From assembly GCA_002811645.1 (NCBI GenBank), contig PDIP01000032.1:62001-126000 (forward strand): DNA of 64,000 bases. The letters are read 5' to 3'. Made by a program: the position numbers and the translations under genes. Positions 1 to 12,300 of the stretch are shown in pieces (within the stretch, counting starts at the first letter, position 1; each line of letters begins with the position of its first letter). This DNA is from Corallochytrium limacisporum Hawaii (Eukaryota; Protista; Pluriformea). The notes under the pieces were generated by a model. It did not search any database. It worked only from the letters and a program-made list of their open reading frames with translations, and had not been told where the DNA came from.

Positions 1-998
1 GATTCCATAATCTCCTGTACATATCGACGCGCAGATGAAGTTGGTCCCCGACGGCCCATCTCCGGCCAACCCAGTGAGCACGTCACTTAGGCGCACTATT
101 TATCTGCCTCCACTGAAAAACGACAACGGGAAACTAGTGAGCTTGTTAAAGAAGAACGGTGAACTGTGCCCGTCCACAACTCTTTCGCAACGGACATATT
201 CTGATAGATATCTTCACCTTACTTCTCATAAAAACAGCATCGGCAACTGACTGACTGAGCAACAGGTCATAGCAGCAGGTACAGCTGGGGTGCTAATTCG
301 TATGGAAACAAGGCCGCGGCAATAAAAGGGAACAAGGAGTTACCGCCCTCGGGAAGGTATGGTTGGGACGGGAAAGCGTGCGGTCGTGGTGGTCATCCTG
401 AGAACTACTGTGACTCAAAACCAAACCTGCTTGTCAGTTATCGTAGCGCGTGTGGGTGGAATGGTACCTAAACATAACCTACTAAGCCGAAAGCAGTGAG
501 GGGCGCTAAAAATTTGATGCGCGATGCCGGAGCGCGGGAAGAGCGTTTGAAGGCGTGTAACACGAGGTTTGCATTCTTACCGTTCCATTTCTACCTCCGC
601 TGTGGCCCTTGCGGTGTTGGGCATTTTCCGGTACTTTCAGTATGGATCTGGCGCACAGAACACCTGCGCGCCTGCCATGTTTTGGGTTCCCCGCCCTACA
701 TCCTAGGACCTTGGACAAATGCCTGCGGTCATGCAATTTCTCCGCTGCTTTACGATCAATATTTTTTGGATCAATTAAACAGCGGAGAAGAGTCGCGATG
801 TGGTGCGGGTGTGCGACTTTGCAAAACCTCCAGCTCGAAACGGACTACTCCCGAGGCTCCGGCCCGAAGCTGATAATATGCTATTTTGGGAAAGTCACAG
901 ATGGGCATCACGTACAATCGCATCAAAAATTAGATAAGCTTGCCATGAGGAGCAGCTTGCGACTAGGAATCAAGAGGTCGGGTTTTGATGTAGCCAAT

Positions 999-1394
999 AT
1001 GTCTTTGAATCAACAAATGTCCCGCTTCTTGGCAGCTGATATGTTCGCTGTCGTCGGTGCGTCCACTGACCGCAGCAAGTATGGTAACAAGGTGCTGCGC
1101 CACTACGTGGAAAATGGTCGCAAGGTTGTGCCCATTAACCACAAGGAGCCCCAAGTTGAAGGCCTCGATGCCAAGAAGAGCTTGAGCGAATTAAACGAAC
1201 CCGCAAAGTACAGCGTTTCGATTATTACTCCTCCGGCAGTCACGGAGAAAGTCATTGATGAGGCCCTTGGTCTGGGAATTACTAATCTGTGGTGTCAGCC
1301 CGGTAGTGAAAATGCAGAGGCCATCCAGAAAGCTAAGGATAGGGGCGCCAATGTCATTAGTGGCGGTCCCTGCGTACTGGTAACAAAACTATAG
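999..1394 (+). CDS. CoA-binding domain protein (YccU-like, CoA_binding_2)
   Basis: Motifs FAVVGASTDRSKYGNKV, VVPIN, ITPP, LWCQPGSE and GPCVLV are typical of the family. The ATG at 999 is in frame with ORF 609..1394, and the upstream extension looks non-coding. Confidence 0.85.
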   Translation: MSLNQQMSRFLAADMFAVVGASTDRSKYGNKVLRHYVENGRKVVPINHKEPQVEGLDAKKSLSELNEPAKYSVSIITPPAVTEKVIDEALGLGITNLWCQPGSENAEAIQKAKDRGANVISGGPCVLVTKL

Positions 1395-1420
1395 GGCTAT
1401 TGGTAGCTAATGAAAATTCT

Positions 1421-2532
1421 TTAGACTTTATGAAGCGGAAGCGGTTGATACGTGGCGCTAGATTTGTTCATAATTGCACTGTGGTCCTTGACATGTCCAA
1501 TGAGAACCAATGCCTCCAAGCCAGCGCCAATGAATGAGAGGATAATGCCGAGACCTTGTACTCCAAGCACAGCATGATCATAAGCAATAGCTGAAACAGT
1601 GATCGAGATGGCCTTACGCACGCTTGTGATCATTGCAAGGCTCAAGGGACCAGATTTCTGCAGTACTATGAAGACACAAATTTGTGTTGAAAGGCTGCAG
1701 AATGCACACACCCATAGGTTGTTGAGGATCTCCGGATGACGGTCAATGAAGCGAAGTGATTCCACTAACTCACCTGAAGTATAATTCAGAATGGTGGCCA
1801 GTATTGTCGCATAAAGATTCAGGTAGAACATCATGACGTAACTAATGGCATGATATGACGATCTCATGTGTTCTTGGAGGGTCCCGGTGATACCATCACA
1901 CATAAGTGCCAGCGTGAGCAGCCCAACCCCTATCATATGGTTTTTCGTTTGCTCTTGTTCCGGACTCTGTGAGCCTGAAGGAGGCTCATACACTTGGTAA
2001 AGAATCAAGCCCCCGACTAGGAAGACAATAGCAGCAATTCTTGGTCCACTGTACCTGCGTTTGTGGAACATCATGTTCATAAAAAAGACTGTAGTTTTTG
2101 ATCGTACGAGACGGTTTCAATAGTTAGTTCCAAATATACTATGGCCATACAGTGTTTTCTCGACAACTACTTACTTGGCAATGGTTTGCAGCTTTTCGCA
2201 AGAACCTGTGTGATGAAGGTCACATACTTTAGACTACGGCTCGTCAGGATACTGGCGGCCAGATACGATGCCGATGTCGCCAAATGGATATGCCAGGGAA
2301 TGTCTGATCTGCCGCCCTGCACTCGCCATTGTGCGAGCGCCCAAAAGATGTTGATCGCGCATTGTATGTTCGAAACAAATGCATACCCTTTGAAGAATTC
2401 AGAATCGTCTCCTTCCCCATACTCCTGCCCAAAGAGTCTCTCCTGTTGGTATCCGTAAATGACACTAAACAGGATCACGCCCAGTGCGGACAGGGGAACC
2501 AACAAACGATCTTCCCGACTTGATCCAACCAT
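1421..2532 (-). CDS. UAA-family nucleotide-sugar transporter (SLC35B1/HUT1-like), 2 exons (2532-2175, 2088-1421)
   Basis: Multi-TM protein with YGYQQERLF, SLKYVTFITQVLAKSCKPLP, DGITGTLQE and ITSVRK motifs. Splicing joins the two ORFs in frame (KSCKPLP-I-FFMNMM). Confidence 0.85.
2089..2174 (-). other. Spliceosomal intron (86 nt) in the UAA transporter gene
   Basis: GTAAGT donor, AACTAAC branch point and CTACAG acceptor; removal restores the reading frame. Confidence 0.9.
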
Positions 2533-2906
2533 GGTCTGGACACAGACCTTGGTGTGGTTGTGCGAAGTACATTACGCATATCTATGTCTCTAGCGTAGGT
2601 CCATTAATGTAGCACTACGTAATCGATACTGCCAACCGAAATGCAGCCACTGTAGCAATTTGCTGGGATCCTTCCCCGCCCTTTTTCTACAAAGGGAAAA
2701 GGGGGGGGGGGTGTCAAGACAAGCTGTGACTGTTGAGACCCGCTGCTCAGCACGGTTTGTGCTGCGTATCTTACTGCGTCCGGTCTGAAATGTATTTCAG
2801 TGACATCTGCCGAGTATAGAGCCCCAAGGGGATTTTACGCCACTAAGTGCATCCTAAAACGGCGGTAAGTTCATTATCAGTAATAATGTTTTCATGACAA
2901 TAGAAG

Positions 2907-3542
2907 ATGAGCAGAAGCAAACAGGAAGAGATACTCGAACTGGTACTGATTGAGTGGATTGGTGAGGAACGCTTCGCAGACGAGAACGATAAGATGGCGT
3001 TGGAATCGATGATACCATTGCTATATGATCATCTTAAAAGGGATTACAACTCACAAGACCAGCTAGATGCTGCTAGTCTGAGGAATATCTTGGATGAGTG
3101 GGCGTCTATCCTACTGGACCCAAGTGCTCAAGGTGATGAAAGAGTGTACGAGTATGATAGACTGTACAACCTACTAGACAACTACGACGTCCTACCGAAG
3201 GCACAGGCTGGAGGTGAAGAAACGGAACACGACTACGAACCTGGGTGTGAGATTTGCGGACGTGATACATTCCTCACCCGTCACCACTTGATCCCAAAGA
3301 CCACCCATGCGCGAATGAAGAATAGATACTCAGCAGAGGCTTTAAATGAGTGTGCCATGCTGTGCAGGCCTTGTCATTCTGCTGTCCATTCCCGGATCGA
3401 CAACACAACACTCGCTGTAGAGTACAATACGGTAGAAAAACTTCTCCAAAACCAGCAGATCATCAAATTCGCGAGCTTTATCTCCAAACAGCCATGTCGG
3501 ACCAGACAGGATGCTCACCGACAACTTAGATACCGGAAGTGA
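2907..3542 (+). CDS. HNH-domain protein with Zn-binding CxxC pairs and a helical N-terminus
   Basis: CEICGR...TRHHLIPK...MLCRPCHSAVH is an HNH signature. Confidence 0.8.
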   Translation: MSRSKQEEILELVLIEWIGEERFADENDKMALESMIPLLYDHLKRDYNSQDQLDAASLRNILDEWASILLDPSAQGDERVYEYDRLYNLLDNYDVLPKAQAGGEETEHDYEPGCEICGRDTFLTRHHLIPKTTHARMKNRYSAEALNECAMLCRPCHSAVHSRIDNTTLAVEYNTVEKLLQNQQIIKFASFISKQPCRTRQDAHRQLRYRK

Positions 3543-3639
3543 ATTCGTCGTCAGAGGACATCCCACATATTACCTTAGCATACTAGACAACATATGATAT
3601 ATTTGCATTGTTTTTCCACTTTTTATTCGCCGAACCCTT

Positions 3640-4485
3640 CTAATACGACTTCTTAGCGTCACCGTTGATTTGTCCCCGGTCATCGTTCAAAGCACCTGCG
3701 ACACTGTATGCCTTGTGATCCATGTAGAAGAAGCGGTGGAAGTCCTTCAAAGTCCGAATCTCCTTGGACCGTTTCACTAGAGCAAGACGACTATTTTCCT
3801 CGCGTTCCTGGCGTTCCTTGAGAACGGCGTCATCCATACCTACGTCCTTAACTGAAATGTACCGAATTTCGTAGTCTTCCCGGGGCTCAAGGCCAAACAC
3901 CCAGTCAAAGATGACTTTAGTACGGGGCATGTGGAATTCCGATGTGATAACTACGAAGTTCTTAATGCCCAGGCACTCAATATGATCCCGCCTTGTGAAC
4001 CAGCCGTTAGCAATAGTGTCGTATGACGACCATTCTTTAAATATGTGTTCAGCCCCCACGCCCTGGTTGACCAGGAACTCTCCGCAGGATGTCGATTCAT
4101 GGACAGCAAATCCTGCTTCGTTTGTGTAGTTGGGTTTGTGATAGGTACCTCCACCGCAACAGAGGATTGGGATTGCACCACGTCCGTGCGCCAAAGCCTT
4201 GCGATGCAAAAGGGCAGCGTGGTGAAGCCGTTCTTGTACCCACAAATGGGGCAGGCCATCCTCGCGAGTACCGCCTGCCAGAACGACAATCAGTTCCATA
4301 CCCTCTGGAACATCAACACTCTCCACTTCGGCGCGCCGAGGCGTAGTGAGACGCGCCGCATTGTCAATAACCGCATGGTTGGCCCCTTCCCATCCAGCTG
4401 GCTTCTCTTGCCATCCGTCCTTACTGAGCCTCAAGTTTGGGAGGGAGGAATTGCCGTCTATCTTCATGTCGTTTGGAGGTGCCAT
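3640..4485 (-). CDS. DUF218/YdcF-like protein
   Basis: IVVLAGG, ERLHHA, CGGG, E-x-S-YDTIANG and ITSEFHMPRT motifs. Confidence 0.85.
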   Translation of the reverse strand: MAPPNDMKIDGNSSLPNLRLSKDGWQEKPAGWEGANHAVIDNAARLTTPRRAEVESVDVPEGMELIVVLAGGTREDGLPHLWVQERLHHAALLHRKALAHGRGAIPILCCGGGTYHKPNYTNEAGFAVHESTSCGEFLVNQGVGAEHIFKEWSSYDTIANGWFTRRDHIECLGIKNFVVITSEFHMPRTKVIFDWVFGLEPREDYEIRYISVKDVGMDDAVLKERQEREENSRLALVKRSKEIRTLKDFHRFFYMDHKAYSVAGALNDDRGQINGDAKKSY

Positions 4486-6577
4486 GAATGCTGTTCAATC
4501 AAACGTAATGTTTCTGTCATACAATAGATCACAATGACGTTGCTATATGTGCCATACGACACATAACTCATTGCAAATACCAGCGCCGTAGTGGGGTTTG
4601 GACCCACCCAGGGGGTGGCCTCGCCACATCACAAGGCCCACCCCCCTCCAACCTCCGGGGTACCCTAGCTTGGGCGCTGATGATGTGTGGACATAACAAA
4701 TATTGTAGATCCTGCTAGGCAGTGAAGGAAACACTACTACCACAACCGAAACAATATCTTACCACTTGGCTGGTTGGTAGGCCAACAGCGGTGCTTCACG
4801 TTCTCGTTTGTGCCCACTGCCTCTCTGGGACCCAATTCACATAAAACTTTCACACACCTATTCAGTTCACCTAATTCGTACCGGTACGATGCTTGGAACA
4901 TTTTCAATTCTCGTGAATAGCGCGACTATCGCTTAAGTCCGAATGAGCCGCGGTTAAAAAAAAATCACGTTCAGTATCTGCGACTGACGGATAACTCTGG
5001 TCTGGCTTCGCTTACTCAACACCGCCCCTCCCCCTCCTCGTCCTCTCCTCTTCCCTTTAAAATCCCAGCTGTTTGTGCAAGGGAACTGCTGCGTTACCCC
5101 TTCCTACGTCCAGCAGCTTGGGCGCAAAAGTTTGGCGGATAGCGCTGCTAGCCGTTGAGAACCGCTGGAGAATGGTCTGCAGGGTGTTGGGAGAACGAGA
5201 AGAGATTTTTCTTGGATAATCACGGTGATTAGTTCGAAACGATACCCCAAGTCGCGACTGTGGGCACAGCGAGCGAGTGGTTGCGGGGCCTCGCAAAAAA
5301 TAGCCACCGTGAGGCGGACACCGGTGTGTCATTTCCCGGTCTTTTTTTTTTTTCTATTAATTTGTGGGCAGGGGGTTTTGGTACTGTGGATTTGGGCCAC
5401 GCTTGGAAACAAGCGACTCCTCTTCCCCCCCCCCCGGGGAAGGGGGGGTGTGTGTTTCGCGTCGGCTCAACTTTTCCCGCCCACATTTTCTCCTTCAGCA
5501 CTTGCCGCAGTGGTGACCCGCTAGCCCTTTAATGGAGGGGGGTTTCATGGGCGCCATTACTCATCGCCGGTGGAAATTGATCCTCCATTCATTTTTTCGA
5601 TCCACCTCCAACTTTTCGCTGCTACGAGCGTAGGTACCCCAGCCGGGCATGAAAACATTGGCATTCTCCACGTCTTATGTCAGAGCAAGAATATCACCCA
5701 CCGCCCATCGCCTTCGTTCCTAAGCCGTCGATTCGGTTAATTTTCGAAGGCTGTGCGGATCCGTGCTCAGGCTATGAAGAGCATTCAGCATCCTGGAGAG
5801 GGGACTGCTACAGGTTCCTATAGTGGCTGGGCGTACCGAGACAGTTGCTATATTCGGTCGTTGAGCTCTCCCACCGGGCACTGTCCACGCCCCCAAACTC
5901 AGACGCTTTAGTCAGCCCCACAGTGCTGAAAAGGAAGGACTGACACCCTTCAGAACGAAAGAATTATTTTTTCTTTCTTTTTCATGCTGCAATATGGGGT
6001 GGGTTGTGAGAATTGCGGTTGTCACAGTGCTCTTACGCCCTACGGTTTCAAACCTGGTATTTACTCCTTCCCTCTGGGGCAGGTGGCCCAACCCTGCGGG
6101 AAACTGCTCGGATTTGATAACCCGGACCCATCTCTACACACTGCACACTGGCTCTTCAAAGGGTAGTCTCCTGTCTCTTTTGCCTACGTCTCTGTTGCTA
6201 CATCCCTGCAGAATCTCAAGCACACTGCCATCCTGCACGGTCATGGTGAATAGGATTGTGGAACTTACTGTTACTAGCCAGTGGTCTGAGATCTACAGAT
6301 TGGCTCTGCAGAGGTTTGCTGCACAGAAAAATATGGCTGACAATGTTCCGGGTCTGTGATCCACGAGAGTCCCATATTCAATGCCGCTTGCAGGTGGTCC
6401 CTCCGCTGCGATAGCGTTGCCCGTCGATACCCCATAGTAAATCATCCTTTCTGCTCTCCAAGCTATGTACACACCCCAATATGCCGGGGAGAATATATTT
6501 GATATACTTTTTTGCGGATCGTGCAAATGTTAGCTTTATGGAAGAAACCCACCGTGCGTCGTCGGGACACCAGGGCT

Positions 6578-8044
6578 TCAGATCCACACCTCATTGTCTT
6601 CAATTTCCTCATCGTCCAGGCGAATCGATGCAAATCTTTGTTTGAGGGCGGTAAACAGATCCTGTGGTCCATCACTCGCTTCACGTCGCAGAGCATTGGT
6701 TCGCGTCGTTTGGCGTGGAGACGTGATCTGTTCGATGGCGCTGCCGGACCTTCCTCGCTTGGCGCCTGCTGTCGCATAGATAGACGGATCATCGCTCTGT
6801 TGCGGAGTCCAAACGGATCGACGGAAGCTCTGAAAGTTACGAATTTCTGCCAAAAGATCAGTATTTCGCACCGCAGCCACACTTTGCTGCGGCTTAGGCT
6901 TTGGTTTGTCCCCCACAGGAGCGGCGGCAGTGGCGGCCGGCATCGGCGGCGGTACTGGGGCAGGCATCGGCGGAAGAGGCAGGATGTCACCCTCCGCAGG
7001 CGCTAGGGACTCGGATTTTATGGGCGACTGTGCATTCGACTGCTGTGCCAATTCCAGCTTGGCCTGCTTGCGTGCCGCAATGGCCGCCTTGAGCTTCTCG
7101 CGGGCTTGCTGCAGATCTTCCTCCTGAACAGGGGATACCGGGCTGAGATCTTTGACGTCAACCGGTTCCGCAACAACGATGCTCGAGCTGCGTTTCCGAT
7201 TCGGAGAGGTTTCTGTCTCAGTTTCCATTGACAGAGTCTGCTGTTTCTGGCCCAGAGAAATTTGCTGCTGGATTTCCTGCACATCGCCGAGACTGCCGCG
7301 CTCCTCCTCATCAGAGTCGCCCTGGCGCGCGCTGAAGAAATTCTGACCGCCTGTGTTCACATCGTTCTGCTCCCGCTTAGTCACCGCAACGGCCCGTTCA
7401 GTCATTTTATCCTCCGAGTCAGCACTCGTCAGTTCATGATCCACCACAGGAGCGCGCTTCGGCGGAGACGGCCGGGCTCCACTGTCACCTGTCCGTGGTT
7501 GTGGTTTTGGCTTCCGCGCCGGCACGCCGGGTACACCATCTCTAGAGATCCGCGGCTGCCATGAACGACGGAAGAAGTCAGGGTCTGAATAATAGTTTGG
7601 CTCATATTCTGTACCTTTCAAACTCTCATTGAGACTCTCAGCGACAAACAATTCGTCGGCTTCCGCCTTGCGGAACTGCTGCCGCAAGTACAGAGGCCGG
7701 GTTTCTTCGCTTAGAATATCTTCCAAGTCCTGACGCAAAAACATAACCTTTGTTAGACCTTCTGTGTTCCGAATGTTACCCGGTGTAGTTTTTAGACTTT
7801 CCAATGCCCTGTTACAGTTCTCCAGGCGATTCTGGGAGCGGTTAAGCCGTGCATTCAAGCGCGATACTCGGGAGCTGACACCTGCAAATATATCAGCTGC
7901 ATGCAATGACAACCATCCCACTTGTTCGATAAGATCAGCCATAGTTGCGACATCACGTTGTAAAAGCACATCAAATCCACCACTGGAGTCAGTGGCAGAT
8001 TCACCTAACTCCTCAGGTAGGATGGGTCTAGTAAGAGACGCCAT
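6578..8044 (-). CDS. WASF: WAVE/SCAR-family actin nucleation-promoting factor (divergent)
   Basis: N-terminal SCAR-homology-like segment (LIEQVGWLSLHAADIF...YYSDPDFF), poly-Pro, WH2 (NTDLLAEIR), central helix (LFTALKQRF) and an acidic tail with Trp (DDEEIEDNEVWI). Probable start is the ATG at 8044. Confidence 0.8.
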   Translation of the reverse strand: MASLTRPILPEELGESATDSSGGFDVLLQRDVATMADLIEQVGWLSLHAADIFAGVSSRVSRLNARLNRSQNRLENCNRALESLKTTPGNIRNTEGLTKVMFLRQDLEDILSEETRPLYLRQQFRKAEADELFVAESLNESLKGTEYEPNYYSDPDFFRRSWQPRISRDGVPGVPARKPKPQPRTGDSGARPSPPKRAPVVDHELTSADSEDKMTERAVAVTKREQNDVNTGGQNFFSARQGDSDEEERGSLGDVQEIQQQISLGQKQQTLSMETETETSPNRKRSSSIVVAEPVDVKDLSPVSPVQEEDLQQAREKLKAAIAARKQAKLELAQQSNAQSPIKSESLAPAEGDILPLPPMPAPVPPPMPAATAAAPVGDKPKPKPQQSVAAVRNTDLLAEIRNFQSFRRSVWTPQQSDDPSIYATAGAKRGRSGSAIEQITSPRQTTRTNALRREASDGPQDLFTALKQRFASIRLDDEEIEDNEVWI

Positions 8045-8750
8045 GGTTCGTTCGCTCCGATCGAAGACCCGACTTGCATCACCACGAAGCGAAATGTAAC
8101 CTGCCAGTTTATCCGTTAATTTCCATTTCCACATAGCTTTCTTTTCGGAACATACTTCACTGCCGGTTCAGTGCCTCCGATGGGAAAGATTGGATGCGAC
8201 GGACCCCACTATGAACGTTCGAAAAGATCAGAACAGTTGTGTCAACGGCCCCCCGGGGGTTTTTGGCGCGGTTGTCTCCGGCCCGTACGGACGGTGAAAG
8301 CAGTAACGGACCGAACACGGTAATGAATGTACCGGGGGTCAGTCGGGTCCCCCGACCAGGCCTGCCAAGTGTAAACTGAGAACTGTACACGACGAGGCGT
8401 TGGCGGCTCTTCAGGACGAAAGCATCGGAGACATTTGCTTCGATTTTTATTGATTATCATGGACCATTTTAGATCAATACCACACCGAAATTTCTGTTTG
8501 AGCGCGACGGTGCTGGATGGTTGCGTTGGTGGGATAAGGGTGCATTGGAATTTGTTTCCTGGCAAGGACTCTCAGAACCAAAAGTCATCTGGGGCCCAAA
8601 TGTTGAGGGCTCAAATGCACAGGTATAGAAATTCCCATACGTCAGTGAAGAGTGCCTGCCACAGACGATAGGATCCAAAGGAGATCGCTGGTTGCTCCCA
8701 AAGGATCAAGCTTCGCGGGCTCGAAGTGGGAAGGGGACTTTACCACCACA

Positions 8751-9233
8751 ATGGAAAATTATGAAAAGAAAGAAACAATCAAGCCTGATCGGCCCACGCC
8801 CGCTCAAAATGAAATAATTGTTACAAAGAACGGCAAGCTTCGGGGTTACATCAGCTATGGAGATCGCCTCTACAAAGAGGCAAAGAAAGCGGAAGAGATG
8901 CCCAGCACACCTGTGTATGTGGTCAAAGCAGAAGGGAAGTCAGTGACAAGGGCAGTTACGGTGATAGAAATCTTCAAACGCATGCACGAGGACATGTACC
9001 CTGAGATTAGTGTGAATTACGTTTGCTTCAGGGATATTTGGGAGCCGAAAGACGATGACAAAGGAGCTGAGAATCTTGTCATCACTCGGAACGTCCCGAG
9101 TATTTGTGCCAAATTCGTCCACAATCCAGAGAAGGCCAAGGCAGAGGCCCAAAAGCACAGTAATCAACCGCAGTCGAGCCATTCTGGGAAGCGGTCCAAG
9201 ACACGAAAAAAGACTGAGACGTCGGCTGCTTAA
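8751..9233 (+). CDS. Alba-domain protein, RNase P/MRP subunit Rpp25-like
   Basis: NEIIVT..GKLRGYISY, VVKAEGKSVTRAVTVIEIFKR, DIWEP and RNVPSI match Rpp25/Alba. The ATG at 8751 is in a good context. Confidence 0.8.
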   Translation: MENYEKKETIKPDRPTPAQNEIIVTKNGKLRGYISYGDRLYKEAKKAEEMPSTPVYVVKAEGKSVTRAVTVIEIFKRMHEDMYPEISVNYVCFRDIWEPKDDDKGAENLVITRNVPSICAKFVHNPEKAKAEAQKHSNQPQSSHSGKRSKTRKKTETSAA

Positions 9234-9360
9234 CGTAATAATAAACGCTTCAAACAAACGTAGCATTGTACAGTAATAAAAAGGGTACAGAAGGTGGTGA
9301 ATATTGGGTGTTGTGTGTGTGACATGTTGATAATGATATAGCAGGCTCTCGATTCGTTTT

Positions 9361-12300
9361 CTATTGGCAGGCCTGCTGCAGGGCAGTCATGACCTCAGGA
9401 GCAAGCTTGATCTTCTCCTCAGCGGCCATCTGTCCAATGGTGCGAAGCTGAGTCTTCACCTCAGGGCCAACTGCGACCCCAGCTTGAAGACACGTCAACA
9501 GACCGACAGCAATGGGCTCACCCTCATCAAAGTCCTCGCGCAGAGGCAGCAGGTGCAGCAACAGGGCAATGACCTGGTCAGCGGGGTACTCGGTGGGGTA
9601 TTGCAGCATACGGCCCAGGGCACCGGCCACGTTGTCGCTAAGCGCGGCGCGGGAGGATCCCTGGGCCTTCTGGGCCAAGCCTCGCAGCTTGTCCAGTAAG
9701 GGGGCGCCGTACTTGGCACGGATGTGTGATCCACCGTTGCGATAGGCAAGCCCAATGGCAAACACAGCGTCATGGTGGACATCATCCTCGTCGTCATCAA
9801 GGGCACTCATCAGCATATCCATGTACTTGCTACTGACCTGCTCGTAGGCCACATCGAGCTGCTTGATGATCTCAGAGAACGTGGCAGGCACAAGCTTACG
9901 CTCCACCCCTTCATTGTTCTGGCGGTACTGGCGAGCAACCAGATCAAGCGCCTGGCTGAAGTGCTGCAGGAATGCAGCGCCCATCTGAGTGGCGAGGCAC
10001 TCGACCAGTTCAAAAGTGAACTCAATCAGACTGGCCTCATACTCGGCTTTCTCTTCCTCATCCTCCTCTACCTCGTCATCATCGCGATTCATCTTCTGAC
10101 ACGTAGTCTGAGAGGTCATGACAGACCGGATGATGTCTTGCAGAGTAGTAATGTCCTCAGCAACGACAGCGATACCGCATTCCTCAATGATCTCACGGAC
10201 ACACTCAACAGCGTTCATCACGTCGACAATTTCCTCTTCGTTAATGATTACATCATACAAGGCTGGAATAACCTGACGAGCCAGCTGATGCGAGTTTGGC
10301 TCGGGCTGATACTGGGGAGGGAAACCCTTAGGGTACTTGACACCAGGGGCGTACCCCTGGTGGATGGCAATGACGTAGCGAGTCAGCGTGCGGAAAGAGC
10401 TGACCTTAACATCGCCCCACACTTCGGCCATGTTCTCCATCAGAGCGTTTACAGTCTCTTGCATGTAGGGGAAGAAAGGTGCACCACAGTGCTGAGCGAA
10501 CACACCGAGAGTATCGATGGCGATCTCCTTCTCGTAAATGTCATCAGACTTGATGGCATTGACCAGGAGATCCTCAACATTGTCGATGTCATCCTCGTTC
10601 TGGACAGCCTCTTGGGCGGCCGCAAGCAGTTGTTCCATAGGGGGGGCCTGGGTAGCAGACTTCAGAATCAGAGGCATAATGGTGTTGAAGTAGTGCTGGA
10701 AGTCAGGTCCCATGACGGTGGCGATCTCAGTGAACAAGTTGTAGGCACTGATGCGCACATCTGCCTCTTCTGTCTGGTTTGCAACAGCCACACCGAACTG
10801 CATGAAGGGATCGATGTGGGGATTGAACTTTTCCCGGCCGACAGCCTTGGCAATCCGACCAACACACTGAATGGCATATCCCTTAACCTTCTCATCGTAT
10901 TTTTCGCTTTGGAGAATGTCTTGCATCGCTTTGACGACGGGTTCGAAGTACGCTGTGAATGCGGAAGCCGCAGACTCGGCGACGCTGCTAATGGCTAGCA
11001 TGGCCAGTTCCAGAACATCGGGATGATGGGTGGCCTGGAAGACTTGGCTGAGCTTGTTCATCAAACCCTGCAGGTATGGTACAATCTTCTCCTTTAAACC
11101 ATCGCAGAAGCAGTCCAGAGCGTACAATGACTTGAGTTTGACGTTGCTGCTGGGATCGTCGATGAGCTGGAACAGAACTGGAATGATCTGGTCAGCGTAG
11201 TCGAGGATTTCTGGGGAGCATTTTTCGCTCAGTTCAGCCAGGCACATCACAGCAGCCTCACGGACACTCTGCTTGCCGCTGTTCAAACCAATACCGACCC
11301 ACGGCATGATCTCAGGCAGATGCTCACTGACCCAAGCACTGCATCCATACACACTAGCACGAATACCATCCATGGCTGCCCGGTGGAAGTGGTAATTGGG
11401 ACTGTTGATAGACTCGCTGGCAAAGGTACACAGGGTAGGCATGAACTTGTCCGCGGGCATATTCTTGGCAAGGGATTCGATAACCTCACGTGCGTAGTGG
11501 CGCATTTCTACACTCTCAGCCTCGTCATCGGGTCCCTCTTCATCCTGATCCTGCCGTTGAGACCGTGCAATCAAAGAATCTGGGTTTGGCTCGTCAATTT
11601 CCATACCAAGGACCTTGAAAGTGCAGCGGAGCATAGGCTGCAGCATACCCATCTTTAGCACAACCTTGCGCTTCTGTGCGATCCACTGCAGGCACAGCAG
11701 AGATTTCATCTTGGCAGTTTCATCCTCAACATCATCGCTCTCAATCAGCTGGATCAAGAATTCGGTGATCATCTGAATGTGAGGAGTGACTAAGGGCAGT
11801 TCGGACGTGATAGCGTCAACGAAATACTCCATGGCGGTGGCAACCTGATCGTGTCCTTGCTGAATGACGTAGGCAGTGGCATGCACCACAGTAGGCCACA
11901 TGTTCTGAACGGGTTTCACATCGTCCTGCTCGAAGTAAGGGCTCATGCTACCCAGGCAGACCAGAGTATTGGCCACAAGCTCTGTGCTCTCACGGGCTTG
12001 CAGTGTGGCGTCCAACATACCGTACAGCTGGGCGAAGTACCCGTGCAGTTCTTCACCACTGTGACCGATTATCAGACTAAGGATATCCATGGCAGACTCC
12101 TTTTCGTGAACTGAACCATTTGCAAGTCCTTGCTGGACTGCCCCCAGAATCTGACCCACTCCCTCGTTGTCCACAGGAGTGATGTAGTCCACACGAGCAA
12201 CCGCGGAAACCAAATCAGCAGCAGCCTTCCGTACAACCCGAGAGTTATCGCGGAAAGCACTTTGTAAATACAGATTACGCAGATAAGTGCGCTGTTCAGA

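Noticed and set aside
2865-2903. Possible 39-nt GTAAGT...TAG intron just upstream of the HNH gene
   Set aside because: It is shorter than the supported introns, has no clear CTAAY branch point and has no upstream coding exon. It cannot be supported without transcripts.
9772-10998. 408-aa + strand ORF (likewise 47989-49095 +, 62753-63604 +, 53613-54314 - and 35892-36539 +)
   Set aside because: These are antisense shadows of strongly codon-biased real genes (IPO4, ILV1, SERCA, ABZ1, PRO1) with no recognisable motifs.
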